Shown: one piece after another, positions 9,609-19,976 of the stretch
How the letters are laid out: each line of letters starts with the position of its first letter
Numbering within the stretch: the first letter of the stretch is position 1
From: Candidatus Hydrogenedentota bacterium
GTDB lineage: Bacteria; Hydrogenedentota; Hydrogenedentia; Hydrogenedentales; SLHB01
Reading direction: 5' to 3'
DNA: 64,000 bases
Assembly (NCBI GenBank): GCA_045863295.1
Contig: BTWA01000011.1
Coordinates: 90,626 to 154,625 of the forward strand
The notes under the pieces: generated by a model
The model's database searches: none
The model's input: the letters and a program-made list of their open reading frames with translations, nothing else
What the model was told of the DNA's origin: nothing
Program-made: the position numbers and the translations under genes

Positions 9609-10211
9609 ATGCCCATGAAGCAGTTGAAGCGTCTGTATGACTGGGTGCTGAGTTGGGCGGATACGCCTTACGGCGGGGTTGCGTTGTTCGTGTTGGCGTT
9701 TGCGGAGTCGAGTTTTTTTCCGATCCCGCCGGATGTGCTCTTGATTGCACTGTGTCTTGGCAACCGGGAACGGTGGATCCGTTTTGCGATGATATGCACG
9801 ACGGCTTCGCTGCTGGGCGGACTTGCGGGATACGGTATTGGCTGGGGTCTTTGGCACGTCGTTGACCAGTTTTTTTTCACGTACGTGCCCGGGTTTTCGC
9901 CGGAGCAGTTTTCGCGGGTCCAGGGCCTCTACGAGCAGTGGAATTTCTGGATTGTGTTTATTGCGGCGTTTACGCCGATCCCGTACAAAGTCATCACGGT
10001 GACGGCCGGCGTGTTTGGCGTCAACGTGTTCATGTTTGCCTTGGCGTCGCTTGTGGGTCGCGCAGCGCGGTTCTTTTTGGTCGCGTACCTGCTGCATCGT
10101 TTTGGCGAACCTATACATGGTTTTATCGAGAAGCGGTTTAACCTGTTAACGATTGTCTTCGTGGTGCTGCTTTTGGGCGGGTTCTTAATCCTGCGGCTGG
10201 CGAGCCACTGA
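9609..10211 (+). CDS. DedA/YqaA-family membrane protein
   Basis: FAESSFFPIPPD, FTPIPYKV.T..AG, GR..RFF. Confidence 0.92.
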   Translation: MPMKQLKRLYDWVLSWADTPYGGVALFVLAFAESSFFPIPPDVLLIALCLGNRERWIRFAMICTTASLLGGLAGYGIGWGLWHVVDQFFFTYVPGFSPEQFSRVQGLYEQWNFWIVFIAAFTPIPYKVITVTAGVFGVNVFMFALASLVGRAARFFLVAYLLHRFGEPIHGFIEKRFNLLTIVFVVLLLGGFLILRLASH

Positions 10212-10254
10212 AGCGACCGGTTTCACCTGAAAAACTCAATGGGAGTGCGAAAGA

Positions 10255-12099
10255 ATGTGCGGAATAGTCGGTTACATCGGCAAGAAGAACGCCGTAGACA
10301 TCATTATGAGCGGTTTGCACCGTCTCGAGTACCGCGGCTATGACTCGGCCGGCGTTGCGGTGATTAAGAACGGTTCGCTGGAGTCCATCAAGAGCCTGGG
10401 TAAGTTGAAGCACATGGATGAGCGCCTTGCCAAGGATCCGCTGATTGCGCCGCTGGGCATTGGCCATACCCGCTGGGCCACGCACGGCGTTCCGAGCGAG
10501 GTGAATTCGCACCCGCACTTCGACATGCAAATGGAAATCGCGGTGGTGCACAACGGCATCATCGAAAATTATCAGGAACTGCGCGAAGAGCTGACCAAGG
10601 AAGGCGTGAATTTTCGCAGCCAGACGGACACCGAAACCATCGCCCACCTGGTGCGCAAGTATTACCGGGGCGATCTCTTCGCGGCCGTAAAGCGCGCGTT
10701 GAAAGACGTGGAAGGCGCATATGCCATCGGCGTCGTGTGCAAGGATCAGCCTGACGTAATGGTGGCGGCGCGCCATGGCAGCCCGCTTATCGTGGGTCTG
10801 GGCGAGGGCGGCGAGAAGGAGGCGTTTATCGCGTCCGACGTGCCTGCGATTATGAAGTACACGCGCACGGTGCTTTACCTGGACAACGGCCAGGTGTGCG
10901 AGATTCGCCGCGACGGCTACAAGGTCGAGGACATCGACGGCAATCCGGTTACGCTGGAAGTGAAGCATGTGGATTGGGACGATGCGGCCGCCGAGAAGGA
11001 AGGCTACCCCCACTTCATGCTGAAGGAAATCAACCAGCAACCTGCCGTGATCAAGAATACGCTGGCGGGCCGCGTGGACGAGGCGACGGGCGAAGTGAAG
11101 TTGCCGGATATGAACATATCGGTGGAGGATCTGAAGAACTGCAAGCAGATCCATATTGTGGCTTGCGGCACGGCGTGGCATGCGGGCATGGTGGGCAAGT
11201 ACCTCATCGAGCAGTTCACACGCGTGCCGGTGGAGTTGGACATTGCCTCCGAGTACCGGTACCGCGATCCGATCATTCCCGAAGGCACGATCATGATTCC
11301 GGTATCGCAATCCGGCGAAACGGCGGACACGCTGGAAGCGATTCGCATTGCGAAGAGCAAAGGCGCGAAGGTGGCATCGATCGTAAACGTAGTGGGTTCG
11401 AGCGTGGCGCGCGAATCGCACGGGGTGATTTACCAGCAGGCCGGCCCGGAGATTGGCGTGGCTTCGACCAAGGCGTATACATCGCAGGTGACGTGTTTTG
11501 TGCTGTTCACGATCTGGCTTGGCGAGACGCGTGGCAGCATCAGCAAGGAGCTTGGCAAGAAACTGATTGGGGAATTGCGCGCTCTTCCGGACAAGATTCA
11601 AAAGGTGTTGGACAACCAGGACGACATCAAGCGTTGCGCGAAAGATCCCAAATACATGGATTCCTACAACGCGCTGTTTCTCGGCCGCGGGGTGAACTAT
11701 CCGAGCGCGCTAGAAGGCGCGTTGAAGTTGAAAGAAATCAGCTATATCCACGCGGAGGGATACGCGGCAGGCGAGATGAAGCACGGTCCCATTGCGCTTG
11801 TGACGAACAAGCTGCCGGTGGTTTCGGTTGCGGTCAAGGGAGACACGTACGAGAAGATCGTGTCGAATATCCAGGAAATCCGTGCGCGCAGCGGGATATG
11901 CCTCAATGTGGCCACGGAAGGCGATTCGAACATCAAGAACCACAGTGAAGACGTGTTCTATGTGCCGGAGTGCCACGAGGCGGTGAGCCCGATATTGGTG
12001 GCCGTTCCGTTGCAGTTGTTTTCGTACTATGTGGCCGCGAACCGGGGCTGCGACGTTGACCAGCCCCGCAACCTCGCCAAGAGCGTGACGGTAGAGTAG
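10255..12099 (+). CDS. glmS: Glutamine--fructose-6-phosphate aminotransferase
   Basis: MCGIVG, LEYRGYDSAG, GHTRWATHG, SQSGETADT, ALKLKEISY, C-terminal PRNLAKSVTVE. Confidence 0.99.
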   Translation: MCGIVGYIGKKNAVDIIMSGLHRLEYRGYDSAGVAVIKNGSLESIKSLGKLKHMDERLAKDPLIAPLGIGHTRWATHGVPSEVNSHPHFDMQMEIAVVHNGIIENYQELREELTKEGVNFRSQTDTETIAHLVRKYYRGDLFAAVKRALKDVEGAYAIGVVCKDQPDVMVAARHGSPLIVGLGEGGEKEAFIASDVPAIMKYTRTVLYLDNGQVCEIRRDGYKVEDIDGNPVTLEVKHVDWDDAAAEKEGYPHFMLKEINQQPAVIKNTLAGRVDEATGEVKLPDMNISVEDLKNCKQIHIVACGTAWHAGMVGKYLIEQFTRVPVELDIASEYRYRDPIIPEGTIMIPVSQSGETADTLEAIRIAKSKGAKVASIVNVVGSSVARESHGVIYQQAGPEIGVASTKAYTSQVTCFVLFTIWLGETRGSISKELGKKLIGELRALPDKIQKVLDNQDDIKRCAKDPKYMDSYNALFLGRGVNYPSALEGALKLKEISYIHAEGYAAGEMKHGPIALVTNKLPVVSVAVKGDTYEKIVSNIQEIRARSGICLNVATEGDSNIKNHSEDVFYVPECHEAVSPILVAVPLQLFSYYVAANRGCDVDQPRNLAKSVTVE

Positions 12100-12120
12100 T
12101 TATTGAGGTTCGATTTCCGG

Positions 12121-12156
12121 GGCGGAACCGTGGATAGCGGTTCCGCCTCTTTTTTT
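12121..12156 (+). terminator. Intrinsic terminator of glmS
   Basis: GGCGGAACCG-tggatag-CGGTTCCGCC followed by TCTTTTTTT. Confidence 0.92.
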
Positions 12157-12281
12157 GCGCGTTCGTGGCATTTGGTCACACGCTTTCCTCATAATTGCGG
12201 ATATATGAGTTGAGGGGCTCTGGTTGGATGGTAGCGGTTGACGGCGGGCATGTCGCAGCTTGCCCTCGAAAGGAGTGGGTC

Positions 12282-13502
12282 TTGACAGGTCGAAATCGGG
12301 CCAAATCGCGGGCACTGGTGTGGGCTGGCGTGTTGGCACTGACCCACGTGGTATCGGCGCGAGCTTACGGCGCGGATGGCAATCAGCTCATCGGGATAGG
12401 CACGATCCAAAAAGGCACGGCGGGTGCAGGTGTGGCGAGTCCGCAGGACTCGACGTGGACCTTGTTGAATCCGGCTTCAATTATCGACCTGGAGAAGCGC
12501 CTGGACTTTTCGCTCGATTTCATCACGCTGAAGATCAGCGCGTATCCGCAGGGCAGCGTATTGGCATCGAATCCGTTTGCGGGGTATCAAGAGAGCTATC
12601 CGTTCGCGTTGGCTCCTTCTGTGGGAATGATCCTGCCATTGGAGCACGGCACGCTTGGTTTTGGAATGTTCGGCGTGCAGGGAAATCTGGTTCATTATGA
12701 ACGACCCCGGAGCACGCTGAGTGTGCTGGAGAATTCGGATCGGCGGGCCAAGGTGCAGGTGGCGAAGATTCCGGTTTCGTATGCGTATCAGTTTGACAAC
12801 GGGTTGACGGTGGGCGCGGGATTGATAGGGGCGGTAACGCTGTTTCAATTCGATTCGCTCACGCTGAATCTACGGCCCACGGATGGCGACAATAAACTGG
12901 ACTTCAATGTGGGCATTGGGCTGAATTTTGGGTTGTACAAACGCTGGGACAAGGTTTCGGTGGGGGCGGCGTACAGCACACGCATTGCGGTGACCGATCT
13001 GGATGTGTACAAGGACGTCATCGTTTGGAATCTCGACATTCCCCAGCAATTTCAGGCAGGTATCGCGGTGCGTCCCACCCAAAAGCTGGAATTGCTTGCG
13101 GACTACAAATGGATCAAGTGGTCGGAGGTGCGCAATTTTGGACGCACGACGGTCATGGGCGGCCTTGGCTGGGAAGATCAGCATATCTATAAACTCGGAT
13201 TCAATTATAAGGCCACGGACAAGTGGACGTTTCGTGGCGGGTATTCGTACGGCGAATCGCCGATCGGGGACGAGTTCATCTTTGCGAACATACTGACGCC
13301 GGCGTTCGGCAAGGCGCACGCCTCGCTGGGGGTATCCCGCAAGATTGGCGAGCACGGCGAGTTGCACTTTTCCTATTACCACGCATTTGAGGAAGAACGT
13401 ACCGACAATGGACGCGGGGACATTTTTTCGATTTTGGGGCGCGGAAGTGAAGCGTCTTATACGGAGAATGTGTTTAGCGTGGGGTATTCGTACCGCTTTT
13501 AG
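12282..13502 (+). CDS. FadL/Toluene_X-family outer-membrane transporter
   Basis: AAGGAG then TTG at 12282; G..G.AGAGVA...D......NPA hatch motif; alternating beta strands; C-terminal YSYRF. Confidence 0.85.
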   Translation: MTGRNRAKSRALVWAGVLALTHVVSARAYGADGNQLIGIGTIQKGTAGAGVASPQDSTWTLLNPASIIDLEKRLDFSLDFITLKISAYPQGSVLASNPFAGYQESYPFALAPSVGMILPLEHGTLGFGMFGVQGNLVHYERPRSTLSVLENSDRRAKVQVAKIPVSYAYQFDNGLTVGAGLIGAVTLFQFDSLTLNLRPTDGDNKLDFNVGIGLNFGLYKRWDKVSVGAAYSTRIAVTDLDVYKDVIVWNLDIPQQFQAGIAVRPTQKLELLADYKWIKWSEVRNFGRTTVMGGLGWEDQHIYKLGFNYKATDKWTFRGGYSYGESPIGDEFIFANILTPAFGKAHASLGVSRKIGEHGELHFSYYHAFEEERTDNGRGDIFSILGRGSEASYTENVFSVGYSYRF

Positions 13503-13604
13503 TTCTCCTGATCTGTCTGCGTTGGCGCGTTGTCGATTTGTGTCCATATCCGCCGCCTGTCATACTATGGACAGGCTGTTTCCTTCCTCATGGAGCCATC
13601 ACGA

Positions 13605-14858
13605 ATGAAGAAACGCATTGCGTTCGCGTTTCTCGCGCTTGTTGCCGGTTTCTTTTTGTTCCGCGAACTCAAGGGCGAGTTTATTGACTGGTATGCGGAC
13701 AACGTATTTGTCCGCAAGACGGCCTATCCTTCCTCCGAGCAGCCGGATCAAATCACGCTTACGTGGAGCGACGATCCGCAGACCACACAAACGATCAACT
13801 GGCGAACGAGTCCGGCCGTCGATACCGGCACGGTTGAGTTTCGAACCGTTGGAGACGGCGATGGGCCGGTTCAGACCGTTGTTGCGACGAAGGCCATCCT
13901 TGAAGATGCGTTGCTGGAAAACGATCCGTTGAATCACCGTTTTACGGCGCGCCTTACGGGATTGACGCCGGATACGCCATACGAATACCGGGTGGGTAAC
14001 GGGAATACCGACGGGTGGAGCGACTGGGTGGAATTCCGGACGGCGCCGGGCCCCGACAAGCCATTTTCGTTTGTATACATGGGCGATCCGCAGAAGGGGT
14101 TGGGATTTTGGGGCGGTTTGGTGCAGAAATCATTTGAGCGTTGCCCCCAGTCCGCTTTTTATGTCATTGCCGGCGATTTGATCAACAGCGGGAACTTTCG
14201 CAACGAATGGGATGCCTTGTTTCGCGGGGGCACGGGCGTGTTCGATCGTAGGGCGCTTGTGCCTGCGCCTGGCAACCACGATTATGACAATCAAAATCAG
14301 TTGCGGTTGTATCTGAGTGTGTTTGGCCTGCCGGAGAATGGGCCTGAGGAATTGCCCAAGGAGCACGCGTACAGTTTCACCTACGGCAACGCGCTGTTCG
14401 TAGTGCTGGATTCGAATCAGCCGCCTGGTCTGCAGACGTCATGGTTGGAGAAGCAGCTCGCGGAATCCAAGGCGACGTGGAAATTCGCTGTTTACCACCA
14501 CCCGGCTTATCCATCGGCTCCGCACCGGGCGAACGAGGATGTGAAGAAGCTCTGGGGCGATCTTTTTGACAAGTACCATGTAGACATGGCGCTGCAAGGT
14601 CACGATCACGCGTATTTGCGGACCTATCCAATGAAAGGGGGCAAGCGCGCGGCGTCCGCGGCGGAAGGCACGTATTACATGGTAGCGGTGTCGGGCACGA
14701 AGTTTTACGAGCAGATCTACCGGGAGTATTCGGAGGTCGCTTTTCCGCAAGTATCCACCTATCAGGTCATTGACATTTCCACCCACCCTGACAAGCTTAC
14801 TTATCGCGCATACGACATCGACGGCATTGTAAAAGACGAACTGATCATCGAGAAATAA
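13605..14858 (+). CDS. Purple-acid-phosphatase-like metallophosphoesterase with FN3 domain
   Basis: LTGLTPDT.YEYRVG; GD, GDL, GNHD, HHP and GHDH.Y.RT motifs; N-terminal anchor. Confidence 0.9.
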   Translation: MKKRIAFAFLALVAGFFLFRELKGEFIDWYADNVFVRKTAYPSSEQPDQITLTWSDDPQTTQTINWRTSPAVDTGTVEFRTVGDGDGPVQTVVATKAILEDALLENDPLNHRFTARLTGLTPDTPYEYRVGNGNTDGWSDWVEFRTAPGPDKPFSFVYMGDPQKGLGFWGGLVQKSFERCPQSAFYVIAGDLINSGNFRNEWDALFRGGTGVFDRRALVPAPGNHDYDNQNQLRLYLSVFGLPENGPEELPKEHAYSFTYGNALFVVLDSNQPPGLQTSWLEKQLAESKATWKFAVYHHPAYPSAPHRANEDVKKLWGDLFDKYHVDMALQGHDHAYLRTYPMKGGKRAASAAEGTYYMVAVSGTKFYEQIYREYSEVAFPQVSTYQVIDISTHPDKLTYRAYDIDGIVKDELIIEK

Positions 14859-14863
14859 CGCGA

Positions 14864-16351
14864 TTATTCGTTGCCGGACGGCGGCACTTTGGGTTGTACG
14901 CCCGGAAATGGGCCTTCGGGCCATGCCCAGATGGGAAATCGCGTGTTGGCGCTCTTCATGGTTTCCTTGCCGTTCACAAAACCCGCCGCAACGAGCAACA
15001 CGACATAGGAGATTGCCGAAGCCAGGACCCACTTGTATGCCTTGAAGGGCTTTAGCTGTTCGGCGTTCTCGGGCGGATAAGGGCTCGGCCCGTCTTTGAA
15101 TAATTGTGCAATTACATGGACAGTCATCAAGATAAACAGAATCCAAAATACCGTGTGCATGTTTATATAGTTTGGAACGGGCGGGCGAAAGAAATACAGC
15201 GCGTTCGCATTCTGGTATAGCACCATTGTGAGGGACAACCAGACTACCGGGAACCAAGGCCACCTGCGGGCGTCCTTGCCGTTGACAATGCTCCATAGAA
15301 TGGAGCCGATCGTGGCCGCGACACACAGTGCGATGATGCCGTTGGCTGTCTTTTGGCCGAGCGCACCGGCATTGCCATAGCCCATTTCCTCGAGGGCCGA
15401 GGTCCACTCGGTGATCTTTTCTGAAAACGGGGTGCGCGTAACGGCGTGCAAAATAGGCACCGCGGCCATGGCATAGAGCGCGCCAAGATTGGCGATGCGG
15501 GCGAAGGCTGGGCCGGATGGCGGTTCTGGGAAACGTTGGCCGAGCATTCCGTACGTGTAGACAAATCCCGCGATGAGGCCTACCGACACCTCCATTGTGT
15601 TCCACGTGTTGATGTTGAAAGGTCCGAGTTGAGTGCCATCGGCGAATTTCCAGGACCATGTGATGAGATTTGTGTTGATGTTGTCGACCATGCGGCCGAT
15701 TGACATGCCCATTCCGAAGCCCGTATAGCCCAGGATTGCAGACCGGAAGCCGGTCTGTTTACCGCGTGCCCACAGCCACACGAGCAGAGCCCAGGCACCT
15801 CCCGTATAGGCAATGGAGGCGTTTGAGCGCCAAGGGTTGATGTGGAATCCGCACAGCTTCACGACGAGTATGTAGAGGAAGGTTCCGCCAGCCAGAACGG
15901 CGATGGCCGATTCCACCCATTCGATTCGCGTGGTGCGCTTGTGTTCGAGCAGAAGCCCGGCGGCCGCGCACCCGAAGACGCCCCATGCGCCGCCTTGCAA
16001 GAACAAGGTGAAGAAGCCGTAGGCGTAGTTGATGAACGTATCGGATTTGCCGTATCCGTGCAACACGCCATAGCTCATATGGCCGCCCGCGCCGATACCC
16101 AGACCGGTCACAATCGCGAGTACGGGCATCCAGCGGTACATGGCGGTCTGGCCGGTGACGTAGCCGAACGCGAACGCCAGTATAACGCCGGGATACATGG
16201 CTCCAATGAGGTGGCCGAAGTCGCCGCGAATACCCCATGCCAGACCGACAGCGAGTGCAACGAACACCGAGCGTTCGATTCGATCCCATTGGCTAATGCG
16301 AGTGCCTTGACGCGGCATACTGGCGGCGGTTTGCGTGGTGTCTTGACTCAT
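14864..16351 (-). CDS. Polytopic membrane protein of unknown function (495 aa, roughly 12 or more TM)
   Basis: ATG 16351 overlaps the upstream stop (ATGA); many hydrophobic helices; GLAWGIRGDFGH..GAMYPG and GG.MSYG. Confidence 0.8.
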   Translation of the reverse strand: MSQDTTQTAASMPRQGTRISQWDRIERSVFVALAVGLAWGIRGDFGHLIGAMYPGVILAFAFGYVTGQTAMYRWMPVLAIVTGLGIGAGGHMSYGVLHGYGKSDTFINYAYGFFTLFLQGGAWGVFGCAAAGLLLEHKRTTRIEWVESAIAVLAGGTFLYILVVKLCGFHINPWRSNASIAYTGGAWALLVWLWARGKQTGFRSAILGYTGFGMGMSIGRMVDNINTNLITWSWKFADGTQLGPFNINTWNTMEVSVGLIAGFVYTYGMLGQRFPEPPSGPAFARIANLGALYAMAAVPILHAVTRTPFSEKITEWTSALEEMGYGNAGALGQKTANGIIALCVAATIGSILWSIVNGKDARRWPWFPVVWLSLTMVLYQNANALYFFRPPVPNYINMHTVFWILFILMTVHVIAQLFKDGPSPYPPENAEQLKPFKAYKWVLASAISYVVLLVAAGFVNGKETMKSANTRFPIWAWPEGPFPGVQPKVPPSGNE

Positions 16352-18000
16352 GGAATAGACTTCCGCCCTTCCTGAGACAGCATGCCGTGCAGATATTGCA
16401 CGCGATCGATTTCGGCGATGACTTCCCGGGCGGCTTCCTGCTCGTCGCGAAAGGCGAGGCCCCCCTCCCCCAATGCAATTCGCAGGTCGGTGGAGGCCTT
16501 GGCGCGCGCGCGCCATGCGGCGAGGCGGACGGCGATGGACAGGGCCAGCATTTCCAGAGCGATTAGAATAAGCAGGACCAGCATGGCGTGATAGCCGTCG
16601 TCCTTCGAGAACGTGATTCCCTGGAAGAACGCGTATACCACGTGATACGCGATGTAGCCAAGCAACGTGAGTGGCGCGGCATCCATAAGAAGTGTGACGG
16701 GCCAACTGGCGAGGACGCGCGCACGCGCCACTATCCGGTCGCGGGCGGGGCCGCGCAGCAGTGCGGTCAAGCGTTGTCGAACGGCTTCGCTAAATCGCTT
16801 GAAACTGTCCTGTTCGCTTTCGGTCGCAAAGTGAGCTTTTGACATTTCCAGCACGGCTTCTCCCCGGGCGGACCGAAATACGGCGTGAACGGCCTCGGAG
16901 GCGACGTCGATGTCTTCGTTGAACAGGTCGTTTTCGGTGAGGAGGGCGGCGGCTTGCCTTCCCGCACCCAACGGCATGGCCTTGGGAAGCCAGCCGGCGA
17001 CGCGCGCGGGCAGTGTGCGGACGGCTTCGAGGATGCGAAACAGCGTACCCACGATGCCTTTGGATCGGATGCTTGTTTCGCGGCCCAGCGCAAACGTCCA
17101 GAGATGCGATTCGGAGAACAGACGTCTCCGGAGAATTCCATAGGTTTCCTTGACGACGGTTTGGTCAATGGTGTGCAGTTTGGCCAGCAGGGTTTCCACT
17201 TCGGGCCGTCGGGCGGCCACGCGTTCGTTCAGCGTGGAAATGGTTTTTGCGAGCAGTCCCGCGGTGTTGGAAGATTTGATTCGGCGTATGCGTTCGCGCG
17301 TGAGTTCCTCTCGCAGAAACGATTCCAGGCGGGCGAAGTCGAACGCATCGGGGCCGGGCATGGCTCCGCGCAGTTTGCTTTCAAAGGCGCGCAGGGCGCA
17401 GACCCGGAAGCAGGCATCCACGCGAAAGCCCTGTGCAGCCAACCGATTCATCCAATGATCGCGAATGCTTTCCGCGCCCGCGTCGGCCTTTGTCTCAACG
17501 CAGACGAGGGTCCTTTCGCCCTGCAAGGGCCTCAGCAGGGACCATGTGGCTTCATCCATGTATTTTTCGGGGCTCCCGCACATGAGGATAAGGTCGCATT
17601 GGGCTAAAGCATCGATGACGGCGCTGCGGTGCTCCTTAACGATGGTGTCAGAGTCGGGCGTATCAATGAGTACGAGATTTTCCAGGGCCGAGCCGGATGC
17701 CATTCGCCAGCCCGGAAAGTCGAGTTTGGCACCGGGCGGATGATAGACCGTCGGGACGGCGGTGCATGGGCGGAATTCAGAAACGTCTGCAAGCCGGTCA
17801 CCGGCAATTGCATTGAGCAGTGTGGATTTTCCCACGCCGGAACCGCCGACCAACGCGACGACAAGCACATCGTTGAGCCGTGCTTCGCGTTCGCGCAATT
17901 CCCGCAGGCGGTCACGCAACAGGGCGGCTTCGGCTTTGAGTGGAGCCCATGGCCCGTCGTAGCGGGCGATGGTTTCGAGTTCGATAAGAATATCGTTCAT
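16348..18000 (-). CDS. Dynamin-like P-loop GTPase with two C-terminal TM helices
   Basis: G1 GGSGVGKS, G2 RPCT, G3 DTPD, G4 TKAD; helical stalk; ATG 18000 overlaps the upstream TGA. Confidence 0.8.
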   Translation of the reverse strand: MNDILIELETIARYDGPWAPLKAEAALLRDRLRELREREARLNDVLVVALVGGSGVGKSTLLNAIAGDRLADVSEFRPCTAVPTVYHPPGAKLDFPGWRMASGSALENLVLIDTPDSDTIVKEHRSAVIDALAQCDLILMCGSPEKYMDEATWSLLRPLQGERTLVCVETKADAGAESIRDHWMNRLAAQGFRVDACFRVCALRAFESKLRGAMPGPDAFDFARLESFLREELTRERIRRIKSSNTAGLLAKTISTLNERVAARRPEVETLLAKLHTIDQTVVKETYGILRRRLFSESHLWTFALGRETSIRSKGIVGTLFRILEAVRTLPARVAGWLPKAMPLGAGRQAAALLTENDLFNEDIDVASEAVHAVFRSARGEAVLEMSKAHFATESEQDSFKRFSEAVRQRLTALLRGPARDRIVARARVLASWPVTLLMDAAPLTLLGYIAYHVVYAFFQGITFSKDDGYHAMLVLLILIALEMLALSIAVRLAAWRARAKASTDLRIALGEGGLAFRDEQEAAREVIAEIDRVQYLHGMLSQEGRKSIP

Positions 18001-19814
18001 GTTTCCAGGCATTGTTCCTGCCACTTTCGCAAGTTTGCGACGGATTCTCCATCCAGAATGTTGAGATACGCTTGAAGGGATGCCAATGCGGGGTTGACGA
18101 CGTGCGTTTGAAGCGCCTGGCGCAAAGCCTCTTGTTGCTCTTTTTTCCAAGGCGAAAGGAAGTCGAACAGGGCATCGCCAAACTGGTATTCGATGACGCG
18201 GGCGAGGAACTGCTCCGCCAGGGGGCCCGCCACGGCCACAGACTCCGCGACGCCGATACCGCCGGTGTGCATAGCCAACGGCACGGCGATGGCCGTGGGA
18301 GCGATGGCCAATACGGCATCCAAGCTTTCCAACACGCGGCGGGTGCCTTTGTGATCATTCCACCATGTATCCAATGTGCGGAAGGCGTGTTCGTGAAATG
18401 CTTCCGACACATTTTCGGTTTGCAGGACCTGACGGCGGATCTCGTCCAGACTTCTTTCAATTCGTATTTCGCCGATGTGGGTGCGCACCAGATGCCCGGC
18501 GGGTTCGCGGAGATTCTCGCTTGACTCGATAATGCTGGCGAGAAATTCGCGCGCGATACGGTCTACGGCTTGCGCATGCGCGGCGCGCAATTCCTCTTCG
18601 TTGGGTGCCGCCGCTTCTGCTTCCAGGGAGGCTCGGCGGAGCAGGGCGTTGCGCACGGAACGGCCGACCGCGCCCGCCCCTTTGGCCACGGCTTTGCCTG
18701 TTGAACCTATCCATCTCCGGACCGGACCGCGCTTTGACTGCACGAACTCGTGAAACAGTCCGCCAACGCGGGCACCGGGCATGGGATCGTACTGGCGCGC
18801 GTAGTCCGCCGCGCGCAGATCAAACTCTTCCCGGGCGCGGCGGAGTATCTGAGCAACATCGTCGAGGCCTTCGAGAAATTCGGCGGCCTGTTCGCCGAAG
18901 CGAGTAACTGATCCGCGGTACACCCGTTCCTTAATCGAGGGTATGTCCAACGAACGCAGGTGTACGCGCAGGTCTTCGCCACCGTCGATGGATTCAATGG
19001 GTCGTTGCGGATCTTTGGGCAGGTCAAACGCATGTGGGAGCACGAAGCACGGCGCATCGATGCCGATGTCGGTCAGGAATTCATCCAATTGTTTTCGGGC
19101 GGTGTTGAAGCCGTTTTCCGGATCGGCTTTGTTCATAAGCGGAATGAGGATTCGCCCTGAAGCGTGCGCGCGGCGAAAGAACGCCACCACCCGATCGTCC
19201 TTGTATTTTTCGCCCGTCAGCACGGCCACAATGACGTCGCCGGCGGCGCCGATAGCGTCGGCCACCTGCCAATTCGCTTTGTCGATCGAATCGACGTCGG
19301 GCGTGTCCAGCACGATCATATTTCCGGGCAGGTTGTCGGTTTCCCGCACGTACATGGCGTCTGGCCGGGAGTCATGGGAGACGACGGCCTCGGGATCGTC
19401 GAGGTGCATTGCTTTGAACTCCGGCACCAATCTGCCGTCGAGGCATTCGGCAATTCGCGAGGGCGAGCCCGTCAGGAGCGGTCTGCAAGTGGCGGCGGCG
19501 GTGGCTTTGACGGGACTGACGACTTCACCTATCAGAAGGTTGAAGACGGTGGACTTGCCGGTATTTGTGCCGCCGGCAACCGCCACAACCAGGCATCCTT
19601 CCCCTTCCAGATGGGGTTTGAGCTTATTCCGGAGAAGGTTTAGCCACGGCGCCGCGGCGCCGAAGATCGCCTCGTACAAAGCAGGGTCGCCTGCGAGCGC
19701 ATCCTGCAGCCGGCGTATTTCGGCGTCGAAGGCGGCGAGCACGTCGCCCAACGACTTTAGATTCGATCCGGATGGGGCCATTCGAACTGCAAACCTTCCC
19801 AAGTACTCGCGCAT
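17997..19814 (-). CDS. Dynamin-like P-loop GTPase with C-terminal hydrophobic hairpin
   Basis: G1 GGTNTGKS, G3 DTPDVDS, G4 NKAD; Gly/Ala-rich AVLAIAPTAIAVPLAMHTGGIGVA segment. Confidence 0.8.
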   Translation of the reverse strand: MREYLGRFAVRMAPSGSNLKSLGDVLAAFDAEIRRLQDALAGDPALYEAIFGAAAPWLNLLRNKLKPHLEGEGCLVVAVAGGTNTGKSTVFNLLIGEVVSPVKATAAATCRPLLTGSPSRIAECLDGRLVPEFKAMHLDDPEAVVSHDSRPDAMYVRETDNLPGNMIVLDTPDVDSIDKANWQVADAIGAAGDVIVAVLTGEKYKDDRVVAFFRRAHASGRILIPLMNKADPENGFNTARKQLDEFLTDIGIDAPCFVLPHAFDLPKDPQRPIESIDGGEDLRVHLRSLDIPSIKERVYRGSVTRFGEQAAEFLEGLDDVAQILRRAREEFDLRAADYARQYDPMPGARVGGLFHEFVQSKRGPVRRWIGSTGKAVAKGAGAVGRSVRNALLRRASLEAEAAAPNEEELRAAHAQAVDRIAREFLASIIESSENLREPAGHLVRTHIGEIRIERSLDEIRRQVLQTENVSEAFHEHAFRTLDTWWNDHKGTRRVLESLDAVLAIAPTAIAVPLAMHTGGIGVAESVAVAGPLAEQFLARVIEYQFGDALFDFLSPWKKEQQEALRQALQTHVVNPALASLQAYLNILDGESVANLRKWQEQCLET

Positions 19815-19976
19815 GGTTACACCGCCACGCTAATGTATCTTTCCAAAGACAATCAAGATTGGCATTCGCGGGTCCATCGGATAGACTGTTTGCGGTTTAC
19901 AGGCTGCACTTTATCCGCATTGGGGAATTCTATGCATTTCCGAGCCGAGGCCGTCACCGGCAGGTCGGGCCGCCGC

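Noticed and set aside
10212..10254. glmS ribozyme
   Set aside because: Only 43 nt between dedA and glmS, too short, and no motif
10138..11601. 487-aa antisense ORF and 350-aa alternate-frame ORF over glmS
   Set aside because: Shadow ORFs expected from strong codon bias in GC-rich DNA; no protein-like motifs
16352..16705. Extended N-terminus of the 613-aa ORF call
   Set aside because: Overlaps the GTPase; the ATGA junction gives the real start at 16351
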